From Candidatus Omnitrophota bacterium (GTDB lineage Bacteria > Omnitrophota > Gorgyraeia > Zapsychrales > Fredricksoniimonadaceae), in contig CAJARJ010000009.1 in the NCBI GenBank assembly GCA_903944345.1, positions 65,875 to 129,874 on the forward strand: a stretch of 64,000 nucleotides of DNA, written 5' to 3'. This document shows positions 39,309 through 48,773 of this stretch, piece after piece. The position numbers were made by a program, and so were the translations under genes. Below the pieces are notes generated by a model. That model was not told the origin of the DNA. It did not search any database and saw nothing but the letters and a program-made list of their open reading frames with translations. How positions within the stretch are numbered: the first letter of the stretch is position 1; the number at the start of each line of letters is the position of its first letter.

Positions 39309-39337
39309 TTGACTTTTTGAAAAACGGATGATAATAT
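39309..39337 (+). promoter_or_regulatory. Sigma70 promoter of the tRNA-Ser pair
   Basis: TTGACT-N17-TAATAT. Confidence 0.7.
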
Positions 39338-39350
39338 GCCCTGCCTTACA

Positions 39351-39439
39351 GGAGAGGTGCCTGAGTGGTTGAAAGGGACGGTCTCGAAAACCGTTGTATC
39401 GGGTAACTGATACCCAGGGTTCGAATCCCTGCCTCTCCG
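39351..39439 (+). tRNA. tRNA-Ser(CGA)
   Basis: GGAGAGG/CCTCTCC acceptor, ACGGT-CTCGAAA-ACCGT anticodon arm, long variable arm. Confidence 0.95.
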
Positions 39440-39456
39440 TGTTATTTGACTTTGCA

Positions 39457-39575
39457 AGCAGGGATTCGAATTGAGCCTCGCTGGATGCGACGAACAGGAG
39501 CATCCTCCAGGCGAGGCGAAGGGCTGACCCGAACGAGCGTAACGAGAGAAGGGCACCGAATCCCTGCCTCTCCGT
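39457..39575 (+). repeat. Structured tRNA-trailer element ending in a duplicated tRNA 3' end
   Basis: Terminal IR GCAGGGATTCG/CGAATCCCTGC; 19-bp direct repeat 39422-39440 = 39557-39575; internal stems. Confidence 0.8.
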
Positions 39576-39592
39576 TTTTTTAGTTTCTCTGT

Positions 39593-39677
39593 GGAGAGGT
39601 GGCTGAGCGGCCGAAAGCGGCGGTCTTGAAAACCGTTGACTCGTAAGGGTCCGTGAGTTCGAATCTCACCCTCTCCG
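39593..39677 (+). tRNA. tRNA-Ser(TGA)
   Basis: GGAGAGG/CCTCTCC acceptor, GCGGT-CTTGAAA-ACCGT anticodon arm, long variable arm. Confidence 0.95.
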
Positions 39678-39869
39678 CTCTTTTTTCATCTGCGCATCCC
39701 GGACTACTTCATTTTTATCATCCGTTACGTTATTGACGGGCTGGTCAAACGGACAGACTGGAGCAAGTCTGCGGTGGAAGACAGCCATCTCTGCTGTATT
39801 CGCTCCAACTAGAAACCTAATAACACCAGATCTCCGTCCAGCTGCCAAAAGTGACGTTCCGGTTTTTCT

Positions 39870-40469
39870 TCAAAAAAGCTGTCTGAATATCTTCAGATAG
39901 ACATCCCCGGATTTATCCACCATGCCCCGAAAAAATTCAGGAAACGAAAAGCCTGGAAGAATCAACCCGGACACAAGTGCCACCAAAAAGATATCAACCA
40001 GATAAATCAGCGACATGGCAAAAAAGTAATCCGGTTTGCCAGGAACATTATCTTTGGCATATAAATCCCCGGCGGTCATAACGATATGCATGACGATGGT
40101 AAAAGACAACAAGAAAAGCAGAAATGGCCGGAAAGTCTCAATTTGGCCAATGGCCGTTGCCAGCATATAACCTAAAAGAACAAACAAAGTATAAATCGGA
40201 AGAACAAACGGCGCAGTGCTGATCAGGGGTTTGAGAAAACCGCACAGACTCGCTACGACCTTCTGCCCGAATAAATAAACGTGAGAAAAATCGTAAACAA
40301 AAAGTCTGCAAAAAAGATAACTGCCCAGCCCTAACTGCAACATGTCGCGGACCGAAGCTTCAAAAGAAGAATAACCGGCCAAAAGAGCCGCAGTTGTTCC
40401 GATCACAGCGGGAAATAAGGAAGCCGCAGCAAAAAATTTGAAAATATACAAAAAAGTCTCTTTCACCAA
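39870..40469 (-). CDS. Hypothetical multi-pass membrane protein
   Basis: Several hydrophobic segments; GTG start after GGAGG; directly follows serS. Confidence 0.7.
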   Translation of the reverse strand: MVKETFLYIFKFFAAASLFPAVIGTTAALLAGYSSFEASVRDMLQLGLGSYLFCRLFVYDFSHVYLFGQKVVASLCGFLKPLISTAPFVLPIYTLFVLLGYMLATAIGQIETFRPFLLFLLSFTIVMHIVMTAGDLYAKDNVPGKPDYFFAMSLIYLVDIFLVALVSGLILPGFSFPEFFRGMVDKSGDVYLKIFRQLF

Positions 40470-40481
40470 TACCTCCGAAGA

Positions 40482-41753
40482 TCAGACAGTTATCTTCTTT
40501 AATCCATTAGTGTACGGCCAAAGCACCTCGGGAACCATGATAGAACCATCCGCCTGCTGATAATTCTCTATGATAGCAATCATTGTTCTGGGAGTGGCCA
40601 CTCCGGAACCATTGAGAGTATGCACAAAAACCGGCTTCTTCATCCCTGCGCCCTTATAGCGGATATTGGCCCGGCGCGCCTGGAAATCTTCGAAATTAGA
40701 ACAGCTGGAAGCCTCCAGCCATTTATCCAGCCCAGGGGCGTAAACCTCGAGATCATAACACTTTGCTGCCGCAAAACTCATATCTCCGGCAGCCAGTTCG
40801 ATCACGCGGTAAGGTAATTTCAAGAGCTGAAACACTCTTTCAGCATTACTGACGAGCATCTCAAGCTCGTCATACGACGCCTCAGGCTTGACGAACTTGA
40901 CCAGCTCGACTTTATTAAACTGGTGAACACGCATCAGTCCGCGGGTATCCTTGCCGTAAGACCCCGCCTCCCTGCGAAAACACGACGAATAGGCGGTATG
41001 ATAAAGCGGCAATCTGGATTCATCCAGAATTTCGTCACGATACATGTTGGTAACCGGGACTTCCGCCGTAGGAATAAGATAAAGCGCATCTTCCGGAAGA
41101 AAATACATATCATCCTTCATTTTGGGCAGCTGCCCTGTCCCCTGCATACTGGCAGCATTAACCAAAACCGGAGGGAAGACCTCTTCGTAACCATGGTGAC
41201 GGGTATGCAGATCCAGCATAAAATTTATCAACGCCCGCTCAAGCAAGGCTCCGGCTTTCTTGTAAAGCAGAAAATTGGCACCGGAAAGTTTAGTCGCCCG
41301 CTTGAAATCAATAATATCCAGACGTTCCGCCAAAGCCACGTGATCCTGGGGCTTGAAGTCAAAAGAAAAAAGTTCCCCGCAACGGCGAACCTCCCTGTTG
41401 TTCTCCGGCCCCCCCCAGGGAACCTGGGGATACGGCACATTAGGAACATACAGTAACTTCTGCGTGATTTCATCCTCGATCAAGGCAAGCCGCGGATCGA
41501 TAGCGTCAATCTCGACTGCCACCGATTTCATGGCGGCGATAGCCTGCGCCGGATCTTTCTTCTCTCGAATCATCAACGAAATCTCGTCATTGGCTGCATT
41601 CTTGCGAGCCTTGAGCTGGTCAGCCCTGACAATCAGCGCCCGGCGTTCCTCGTCAAGAGCGAGAATAGCATCAAGATCCGCTCGCGAATTCTTCGCGGCC
41701 AATCCCTGCCTGACCCGCTCCACATTCTCCCGAATAAATTTCAAATCCAGCAT
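40482..41753 (-). CDS. serS: Serine--tRNA ligase
   Basis: MLDLKFIREN, LIPTAEVP, FRREAGSYGKDTRG, SSCSN, HTLNGSG. Confidence 0.98.
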   Translation of the reverse strand: MLDLKFIRENVERVRQGLAAKNSRADLDAILALDEERRALIVRADQLKARKNAANDEISLMIREKKDPAQAIAAMKSVAVEIDAIDPRLALIEDEITQKLLYVPNVPYPQVPWGGPENNREVRRCGELFSFDFKPQDHVALAERLDIIDFKRATKLSGANFLLYKKAGALLERALINFMLDLHTRHHGYEEVFPPVLVNAASMQGTGQLPKMKDDMYFLPEDALYLIPTAEVPVTNMYRDEILDESRLPLYHTAYSSCFRREAGSYGKDTRGLMRVHQFNKVELVKFVKPEASYDELEMLVSNAERVFQLLKLPYRVIELAAGDMSFAAAKCYDLEVYAPGLDKWLEASSCSNFEDFQARRANIRYKGAGMKKPVFVHTLNGSGVATPRTMIAIIENYQQADGSIMVPEVLWPYTNGLKKITV

Positions 41754-41786
41754 GTTAGAAACCTTTCCGCCTGTCCGGTACGCCCT

Positions 41787-42344
41787 TCAGGCCTTTAGAC
41801 ACCATTTAATTGAACACCCCATTGACGGATTCTGCTTTTTGTCCACCGAAAGTCCGGCGGCCATATTATTCATTGCTTCTTTTAATTCTTCCCGGGTCAC
41901 AGCGTCTTCATCTTTCCAATTGTCATCAATACGTCCATGATAAACAAGCTCTTTCTTTCCGTTAAAAAGATAAATGTCGGGAGTACACTGCGCCTTAAAA
42001 AGCCGAGCCACATCCTGCTTGTCATCAACAAGATACGGGAAAGACATCTCCAGTGTATGGCTTAACTCTTCCATCTTGGCGGGAGAATCTTCCGGATATT
42101 CCGGATGAATATTAGGATTAATCGCCACAGTAGCCACACGCATGCCCGCAGCATACCGGGCCAAACGAAGCAACCGCGGCCAGACAGCCTGGGCATACGG
42201 GCAATGGTTGCACGAAAATATAACAAGCAACCCCCGTTCCGCCGGCAAAGCGGCGCTGCAAAAAAGCTTGCCTGAAAAGTCTTTAAGCTCGAACGTCGGC
42301 AAAGGGAAACCCAGAGGAATCTTGACCGATTCAAGTAAAGCCAT
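41787..42344 (-). CDS. Thioredoxin-fold (AhpC/TSA-like) protein
   Basis: CNHCPY, AQCTPD, YHGRIDD, PSMGCSIKW. Confidence 0.9.
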   Translation of the reverse strand: MALLESVKIPLGFPLPTFELKDFSGKLFCSAALPAERGLLVIFSCNHCPYAQAVWPRLLRLARYAAGMRVATVAINPNIHPEYPEDSPAKMEELSHTLEMSFPYLVDDKQDVARLFKAQCTPDIYLFNGKKELVYHGRIDDNWKDEDAVTREELKEAMNNMAAGLSVDKKQNPSMGCSIKWCLKA

Positions 42345-42455
42345 AATAATCCTTTCGTAATAAAGCAAAAAAATAATACAATAACAACAATCCTGCAAGC
42401 GTCATAGCCAAGGACAGCGTTAAATCACCGCACAGTATATAACAAAGGACTGAAA

Positions 42456-43097
42456 ATGCGAAACAAAAGCCCCCTTATCGTAATCCAGATGGAACTTGGC
42501 CTCATGGCCAATTTTACCTATGTCGTCGCAGATCCGGCCAGCCGTAAAGCCATGTTAATCGACCCTGCCGACGACAAGAAAAGCATCCTGAACAAAATCC
42601 GGGACAACGCCCTGCTTCTGTCCGGGATTCTGCTGACTCACGGGCACTTCGATCACACCGGAGGCGCCAAAGCTATCGCAAGCGAGCTGAACATTCCCGT
42701 TTATCTCTCCGCTCATGAAGCCAAGTTTTATATCCCGAATTGCCCCCATCTGACATTCGTTAACGATGGCCAGACCATTCCTCTTGGAGATCTTTCCATT
42801 GAATGCCTGCACACTCCGGGTCATACTCCAGGCTGTCAGTGTTTTCTGATCAACCAGAACCTATTTACAGGAGATACTCTGTTTGTTGATGCGATTGGAA
42901 GAACCGACTTTCCTGGCGGCGACCCTAAAGCCCTCTTTGAGAGTCTGCAGAAAATCAAGCAGCTCCCCGACGAAACAATGACATGGCCCGGACATAACTA
43001 CGGAGCAACACCAAACGGGAAACTGGGAGACCTGAAAAAATCCAATCCTTTTCTGGCCAGTGCCAGAATAGAAGATTTTTTGCATATTAACGAATAA
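42456..43097 (+). CDS. MBL-fold metallo-hydrolase (glyoxalase II-like)
   Basis: THGHFDH, TPGHTPG, FTGDTLF, GRTDF, WPGH. Confidence 0.92.
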   Translation: MRNKSPLIVIQMELGLMANFTYVVADPASRKAMLIDPADDKKSILNKIRDNALLLSGILLTHGHFDHTGGAKAIASELNIPVYLSAHEAKFYIPNCPHLTFVNDGQTIPLGDLSIECLHTPGHTPGCQCFLINQNLFTGDTLFVDAIGRTDFPGGDPKALFESLQKIKQLPDETMTWPGHNYGATPNGKLGDLKKSNPFLASARIEDFLHINE

Positions 43098-43129
43098 GGA
43101 CAACCTTTATTGCTGCACAATAACCAGGT

Positions 43130-44197
43130 TCAGGTTGATCTGACAGCCGAACGGGAAGACAGCAAGACGAGTGTTTCAATATGCCTGGTCCGGGGGAAAA
43201 AATCAAACGGACGAACCTGAGCAATATCCCATTGTTTTTCCAACAGAACCAAATCTCTGGCCAGGCTTTGCGGAGAGCAGGATAAATACAACAAACTGTC
43301 CGCGCCACGGGTTTCGTTAAGAAGTGCGATAGCAGAAGCGCTTAATCCGGCTCGTGGCGGATCCACCATAAGAATCCCGCGGGATAAACCGGCCTCGGCA
43401 ACCAGAGCGGGAAAAACATCCTCAACTCTTCCCTGACGAACTTCCAGATTCCCTGCCTTATTATGCATCAAGTTATATCGAGCCAGACGGACTGAATGCT
43501 CGTTTTCTTCGATATTGATCACTTTTCTGACCAGATCATTGGTCATTAACCCGAAAAACCCAACACCTCCGTAGAGGTCATAGAGGATCTTATCCTCTCC
43601 CCAAACCGGCAAAGACCGCAGGACGCCAGCCAGGGAGGGAAGGATTGAAAGGTTGGCCTGAAAAAAAGTATCGAGCGAATAAAAAACTTTTCGCCCCAGC
43701 AACTCCGTATACAAATACTCACTGTCCTGAAGACGGGTGGACTTGCGGCCAATCCCCCCCCAACGCACCGGAGCAGCATCCCCACAACGCACAACCAGAC
43801 TGGCCATACGATAATCAGCCGGAATCCTGGCCTCAGCTTCCCGACGCAAATCAGGAATGAAATCGGAAATCTGCTCCATTGCTATCGGACAGGACGTAAT
43901 TTCCAGAACAGGGCCACGCTCAACCGGAGAAAAGCCGATATAAACCTTCCGGTCACGTCGCTGTAACAGCTTGAGATCCAGACGATTACGATAATGATAA
44001 ACCCGAGGCGAAGGCTCCACCGGAAAAAGTTTTTGCTCAACAAATCCGGGAACCGGCAAAAGAGCTGAACGTAGCACCTCAGCCTTCAGCTGCAACTCCC
44101 GTTCGTAAGGGATATCCTGATACTGACAGCCTCCGCAAAGCCCGAAAACCGGACAAACAGGAGTCGCCTGATCAAAAGAATCTGATGTATGAATCAA
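43130..44197 (-). CDS. RlmD/TrmA-family RNA (uracil-5)-methyltransferase lacking TRAM domain
   Basis: CPVFGLCGGC Fe-S motif, FFQAN, DLYGGVG, DPPRAG, YLSC, DFFPRTRHIE. Confidence 0.88.
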   Translation of the reverse strand: MIHTSDSFDQATPVCPVFGLCGGCQYQDIPYERELQLKAEVLRSALLPVPGFVEQKLFPVEPSPRVYHYRNRLDLKLLQRRDRKVYIGFSPVERGPVLEITSCPIAMEQISDFIPDLRREAEARIPADYRMASLVVRCGDAAPVRWGGIGRKSTRLQDSEYLYTELLGRKVFYSLDTFFQANLSILPSLAGVLRSLPVWGEDKILYDLYGGVGFFGLMTNDLVRKVINIEENEHSVRLARYNLMHNKAGNLEVRQGRVEDVFPALVAEAGLSRGILMVDPPRAGLSASAIALLNETRGADSLLYLSCSPQSLARDLVLLEKQWDIAQVRPFDFFPRTRHIETLVLLSSRSAVRST

Positions 44198-44754
44198 AAG
44201 GTTGCCTTGAATGTATGCATCATGTATAACAAGTTCCAGCGATCACGTTTCTGGTAATGCCCGGCCGCTCCGATATATGTAATGGAATAAGCTTTCTTTT
44301 CAGACAAAAAAACATAAACAACTATGACCGAAGGCGTGTCCCCCTCGGCCGACAGCACCGTTTTCCAACCGGGCCGTCCGGAAATCTTGATCGCGACCGA
44401 TTCGATCACCTTGACATTAGGAAAAATCTCGGTCATCTGCAGACCAGCCACACGGGCATATTCTTCCACGGAAACAGCGTCGGCAGGCACATCGTTGACT
44501 GTCAGTGCTACATTCTCAAGAAAGATATCCAAAGGGGTTTCCTGAGGTGACACAAAGGCCACCAGAGCCTGGGGCTGCGGATGCACAACAACCTTCCAGG
44601 CGGATGGATAAGCCAAACTAAAACGATCTTCGAAACTTCGATAGTTCTTGAACATAATAGAAAGAAAAACAAAAACCGACAAACCTGCAAACAGCAAAAC
44701 GCCAAGAATGGAAAAGAGCACAATTTTAAATATTCCAACAGGTTTGTCTTTCAC
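44194..44754 (-). CDS. Membrane-anchored PsbP/DcrB-like protein
   Basis: N-terminal TM; FSLAYPSAW, ENVALTV, KAYSITY; GTG after GAAGGA (alternative start 44781). Confidence 0.6.
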   Translation of the reverse strand: MKDKPVGIFKIVLFSILGVLLFAGLSVFVFLSIMFKNYRSFEDRFSLAYPSAWKVVVHPQPQALVAFVSPQETPLDIFLENVALTVNDVPADAVSVEEYARVAGLQMTEIFPNVKVIESVAIKISGRPGWKTVLSAEGDTPSVIVVYVFLSEKKAYSITYIGAAGHYQKRDRWNLLYMMHTFKATF

Positions 44755-44774
44755 TATTCCTTCTCCATTCCGGT

Positions 44775-46103
44775 TTACCATCTGATCGGCTCCAAAGGCA
44801 TTTCTAGCGAGCGCCACACAGCCAACGGCTCCATACATAAATATACAGGAACCCTGGCACCGAACTTCTCCCTGATCAAAGAGAGCATCACCCGATAAAT
44901 CCCCAGGCGAACTGATTCATGATAACGCAGTTTCCTGTCCGAACCCGGCAGCAGTTCTGCATCAAGGATTGTATTGCAGGGAAACCGATTTTCAATCATT
45001 TTCTTCTGGGTGAATGTCATGCGCAAGGTTCCCAGGCTAATCCAGGCCATGCTGGCTGAAGGAACGGCCGAAGCAATGGCCTTTACAACATCAGCATAAT
45101 CTCCCTCCCAGCCAGGGTAATAAAAAACAGGGTCGAAATGAAATGCTGTGCGATAACCCGCCCGGGCACAGAAAGCAGCGGCCTCGATCCTCTGCAACAG
45201 TCCAGCAGACAAGAATTCTTCCCGGTCAATAACCGTCTGTGGATTGACCGACCAGGCTGCCACAATATTCGGCCGTCCCGCATGGGCGAGGAGTCCCTGG
45301 ACATTCGCGCTTTTGGTTTTAAACTCAAACACACTCTCGGGATGCCCGCGAAAGAAATCCACTATTTTGCCAGAAAAACCGGTTAGATGATCAAAAGCAA
45401 GGGAATCCGTCGTCTCTCCGGATCCCACCCGAACAGCTTTGCGATACCCGGCAAAAGAAGAAAAGAAATCATCAATATTCGCTGGCAGAACAATTCCAGG
45501 AGCGTTGGTATAACTCTGCAGAAAACAGTACGAGCACTCGTAAGGACAACCAAATCCGAGGTTTACATTATGATAACCGCACCCCAGAACTCCGGGAGAA
45601 CAGGGACACGGTTTGTAATAATCATAAGCTTCCCGGACAATAAACAATTCCTTTGTCCGCTGATTATAAGCCTCGGCTGTGAAACGTGTTTGTCCGACAA
45701 ACTGCTTGTAACTTTTAATCTGGCGAAACTGTGCCCGTGGAAACAAGCGACCAACCTGTGCAGATAAATCTGTTTTGCTGACAGATTCTTCAATAAAAAT
45801 TCTTTCCGGGGAGAAAGCGGCTTCCCTGGCGGTGTCGACCTGACGATCCGGAGAAATATCCAGTACAGGAAAAACGGCATTGACAATAATGCCAGCGCTC
45901 GCAAGCTCCGGAAAACGTCTTTTAACCAGCTTGTGCTTGAGCTGTTCAAAAGACAGGCTTTCTTCAGATATGGATGCCAAAACAGTATCCGGAGAAATCT
46001 TTTCTCTTTTGGCAATTTCATAAACCAGCCGCACCAGTTCCTGTCGCTTATTGGGCCCTGCCCAGGGGAAACGCAGTAGAACAAGTTCTTGCAAACCCGA
46101 CAT
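44775..46103 (-). CDS. Spore photoproduct lyase (SplB)-family radical SAM protein with N-terminal extension
   Basis: GCPYECSYCFLQ, GETTDSL, FKTKS, FHFDP, YLCME. Confidence 0.85.
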   Translation of the reverse strand: MSGLQELVLLRFPWAGPNKRQELVRLVYEIAKREKISPDTVLASISEESLSFEQLKHKLVKRRFPELASAGIIVNAVFPVLDISPDRQVDTAREAAFSPERIFIEESVSKTDLSAQVGRLFPRAQFRQIKSYKQFVGQTRFTAEAYNQRTKELFIVREAYDYYKPCPCSPGVLGCGYHNVNLGFGCPYECSYCFLQSYTNAPGIVLPANIDDFFSSFAGYRKAVRVGSGETTDSLAFDHLTGFSGKIVDFFRGHPESVFEFKTKSANVQGLLAHAGRPNIVAAWSVNPQTVIDREEFLSAGLLQRIEAAAFCARAGYRTAFHFDPVFYYPGWEGDYADVVKAIASAVPSASMAWISLGTLRMTFTQKKMIENRFPCNTILDAELLPGSDRKLRYHESVRLGIYRVMLSLIREKFGARVPVYLCMEPLAVWRSLEMPLEPIRW

Positions 46104-47029
46104 CACACCCCCTCTGCGGAAGTCTGCCCACAAAGCGCATACTCCCGCTCGGACAAGCTCCACCCCGCAGCCCCGGCGTTTTCTTTGAGCTGCAAATGCG
46201 TCCGCGCACCGGCCAGCACAGTGAGCACCCCTTTTTTCCCCCTGACCCAGTTCAAGGCAGACTGGCTGGACGGATGGCCAAAAGACTCAAGCATCTGCGC
46301 CACACGGTACGCGTGACCAAAGGCATCTCCTTCAAAAAAACGATAAAATCTCTTTCGAGCATCCTGTTTGCCAAACTGTGGATAGCTCCGATACTTGCCA
46401 GTCAGAATGCCACCGCCCAACGCTCCATAAGCAATAAACCCGATACCGTGCTCCAGACAATATGGCAAGATTTCTTTCTCTGCCTCTTGCTGTAACAAGG
46501 AGTACTGCATTTGCAGTGTGCTAACCGGTGCGACCCTGCGGGCACGCTCCAGAAGAGAAATATCCGCATTACACATCCCGATATGACGAATTTTTCCTGA
46601 ACCCTGCAATTTGAACAAAATCTCCATTGTCCGCTCAATCAGGACATCCGGATCAGGCCAGTGACACTGGTAAAGATCAATCACATCGCATTGCAGTCGC
46701 GACAAAGAAGCATCGACTTCTTTCAAAACCGAGGCAGCAGACAAATCGTGCCGGATCCGGCCATTCTCACGGATAATCCCGCACTTTGTGGCAATAAAGA
46801 ATTTATCTCTCCTGCCTTGTATAGCCTCGCCAACAATTTGCTCCGCTATGCCATTCGAGTAGAATGGAGCCGTATCGATAAAGTTAATCCCTGCCTCCAT
46901 GGCAGCCTCTACCACCCTGCGGCTGTCCGCTGGATTTCCCCCGCCCCAATGCTCTCCCCCGAAAACCCAGGTGCCAAGTCCAATAACGGAAATCTCCTGC
47001 TTCGAACCGGGAAAAGTTTGATACTGCAT
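46103..47029 (-). CDS. Aldo/keto reductase
   Basis: IGLGTW, FIDTAPFY, ATKCG, IDLYQCHWPD. Confidence 0.93.
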   Translation of the reverse strand: MQYQTFPGSKQEISVIGLGTWVFGGEHWGGGNPADSRRVVEAAMEAGINFIDTAPFYSNGIAEQIVGEAIQGRRDKFFIATKCGIIRENGRIRHDLSAASVLKEVDASLSRLQCDVIDLYQCHWPDPDVLIERTMEILFKLQGSGKIRHIGMCNADISLLERARRVAPVSTLQMQYSLLQQEAEKEILPYCLEHGIGFIAYGALGGGILTGKYRSYPQFGKQDARKRFYRFFEGDAFGHAYRVAQMLESFGHPSSQSALNWVRGKKGVLTVLAGARTHLQLKENAGAAGWSLSEREYALCGQTSAEGV

Positions 47030-47116
47030 CTTTATCCTTTCACGCCGAGAAACTTTCGCCAGACAGCTGTGCTATACTTGCAAAACAGAATAACAGCATC
47101 CATGTAAAAGGCAACC

Positions 47117-47827
47117 ATGGACCGATTCCAGTCAATCTTCGGCATACCCACACAAGATATTCGCCGCACTGTAGTTTTACTACCCTTTATCCAACCGGGC
47201 ACCTTGGCTCTTCTGGGCATTGAAAAACTGCAAAACGGAGCGCTTTATTCAAGCGCCTCAACGCACTGCCTTTCGGTCATCCGCACTGGTATCGGTGCAG
47301 CTTTTACCGGGGACGCTGTTCTCTATCTAACTGAAACCCCGGTTCAAAATATCCTGTTTCTGGGAACCTGTGGATTAATTCAACAGACAAAAGACATTAA
47401 CACCGGCTCACTGGTTATTCCCAAACTTTCCTATAACATGGAAAGCTTCTGCGATATCCTGCTCGATGACTGTTCCAGCCCGGTCGCCGCCAACTGCGAT
47501 CCGCAGCTGGCTCATGATGCCCGTATCCTTACCGGACTGAGCCTCCCGGAAGTTTGCTGTGCGAGTTTCGGCTCACTTTATCTGGAAGAACAAAATCAGC
47601 CCCGCCTGCGCGCTCTGGGTATCGAGGTTATTGACATGGAATGCGCTGCGCTTTTTTTTGCTGCCGGCAAGACCGGTCACAGGGCACTGGCACTCCTGTC
47701 GGTGACCGATATCCCCGGGGAAAAACCCTATTACAGCAAAACCACTTCTTCTGACAAAAAAAGCCTGGCTGATAATCTCAGCCAGGCTTGTCTTGCAATC
47801 AATAAAATTGCCAGGCTGTATGCCTAG
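47117..47827 (+). CDS. Nucleoside phosphorylase-family protein
   Basis: TGIGA, FLGTCG, VIDMECAA, SVTD. Confidence 0.8.
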   Translation: MDRFQSIFGIPTQDIRRTVVLLPFIQPGTLALLGIEKLQNGALYSSASTHCLSVIRTGIGAAFTGDAVLYLTETPVQNILFLGTCGLIQQTKDINTGSLVIPKLSYNMESFCDILLDDCSSPVAANCDPQLAHDARILTGLSLPEVCCASFGSLYLEEQNQPRLRALGIEVIDMECAALFFAAGKTGHRALALLSVTDIPGEKPYYSKTTSSDKKSLADNLSQACLAINKIARLYA

Positions 47828-48771
47828 GATTTCTTTCTGGCAATAACTTTCCGGACGGCAGCCACAATATCAACAGACTTCAGCCGGTAATGCTGTAACA
47901 ACTGCTCCGGAGTTCCTGTCTGGCCAAAAGAATCATCAACACCAACCATCTCCACCGGAACAGGATAATTTCTGACCAAAACCTCCGCCACAGCACTGCC
48001 CAGCCCGCCCGCCAACTGATGCTCTTCTGCTGTAACAACCGCTCCGGTCGTCCGGGCACAATCCAGGATCATTTCGGTGTCCAGGGGCTTGATCGTGTGC
48101 ATGTTAACAACACGTACATGAATATTCTGACCTTGCAAGACTCTGGCAGCATCCAGAGCCTCCGAGACCATCGAGCCACAAGCAATAATCGCCGCATCTT
48201 TGCCATCGCACATCATATTAGCCTTACCCACAATAAAAGGCGAATCTTCCTCTGTCACAACGGGCAGCGGTGATCGCGATAAACGGACATAAAACGGCCC
48301 TGACTGGGCAATGATTGCATCCGCGGCTTTTCGGGCCTCCAAAGTATCGACAGGACAAATCACCCGCATGTTGGGCAGAACCCGCATAATAGCCAAATCC
48401 TCCAGGCACTGGGCACTGGCACCATCCTCTCCGACAGTAACTCCGGCGTGAGTGGCGATCAATTTAACATTCAGGTTGTTGTAACAAACATCCATCCGAA
48501 TCTGGTCGTAGGCACGGTTAGTCAGAAACACCGCAAACGAATTGGTCACAGCAATAAAGTTCTCGCTGGCGAGTCCGGCCGCCATGCCGATCATATCCTG
48601 TTCCGCTATACCGAGCGTAAAAAAACGCTCCGGACAGGCTTTTTTAAAATATTCCGCTCGAGTCGCATCTTCCAGATCAGCGGAAACAACCACAACCGAA
48701 GGATTATTCTTGCCAAGAACAGCCAACTGTTCACCAAAACCATCGCGTGTAGGAACGGGTTTTCTTTCCAT
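47824..48771 (-). CDS. Transketolase, C-terminal subunit
   Basis: GIAEQDM, RAYDQIR, VGEDGASAQ, TAEEHQLAGGLG. Confidence 0.93.
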   Translation of the reverse strand: MERKPVPTRDGFGEQLAVLGKNNPSVVVVSADLEDATRAEYFKKACPERFFTLGIAEQDMIGMAAGLASENFIAVTNSFAVFLTNRAYDQIRMDVCYNNLNVKLIATHAGVTVGEDGASAQCLEDLAIMRVLPNMRVICPVDTLEARKAADAIIAQSGPFYVRLSRSPLPVVTEEDSPFIVGKANMMCDGKDAAIIACGSMVSEALDAARVLQGQNIHVRVVNMHTIKPLDTEMILDCARTTGAVVTAEEHQLAGGLGSAVAEVLVRNYPVPVEMVGVDDSFGQTGTPEQLLQHYRLKSVDIVAAVRKVIARKKS

Positions 48772-48773
48772 AA

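Noticed and set aside
39422-39677. CRISPR-like reading of the repeated CGAATC...CTCTCCG units
   Set aside because: Repeats are tRNA 3' ends, spacing is 100-135 nt and no cas genes are present
39593-39677. tRNA-Sec
   Set aside because: Anticodon is TGA (reads UCA, Ser), not TCA; normal 7-bp acceptor stem
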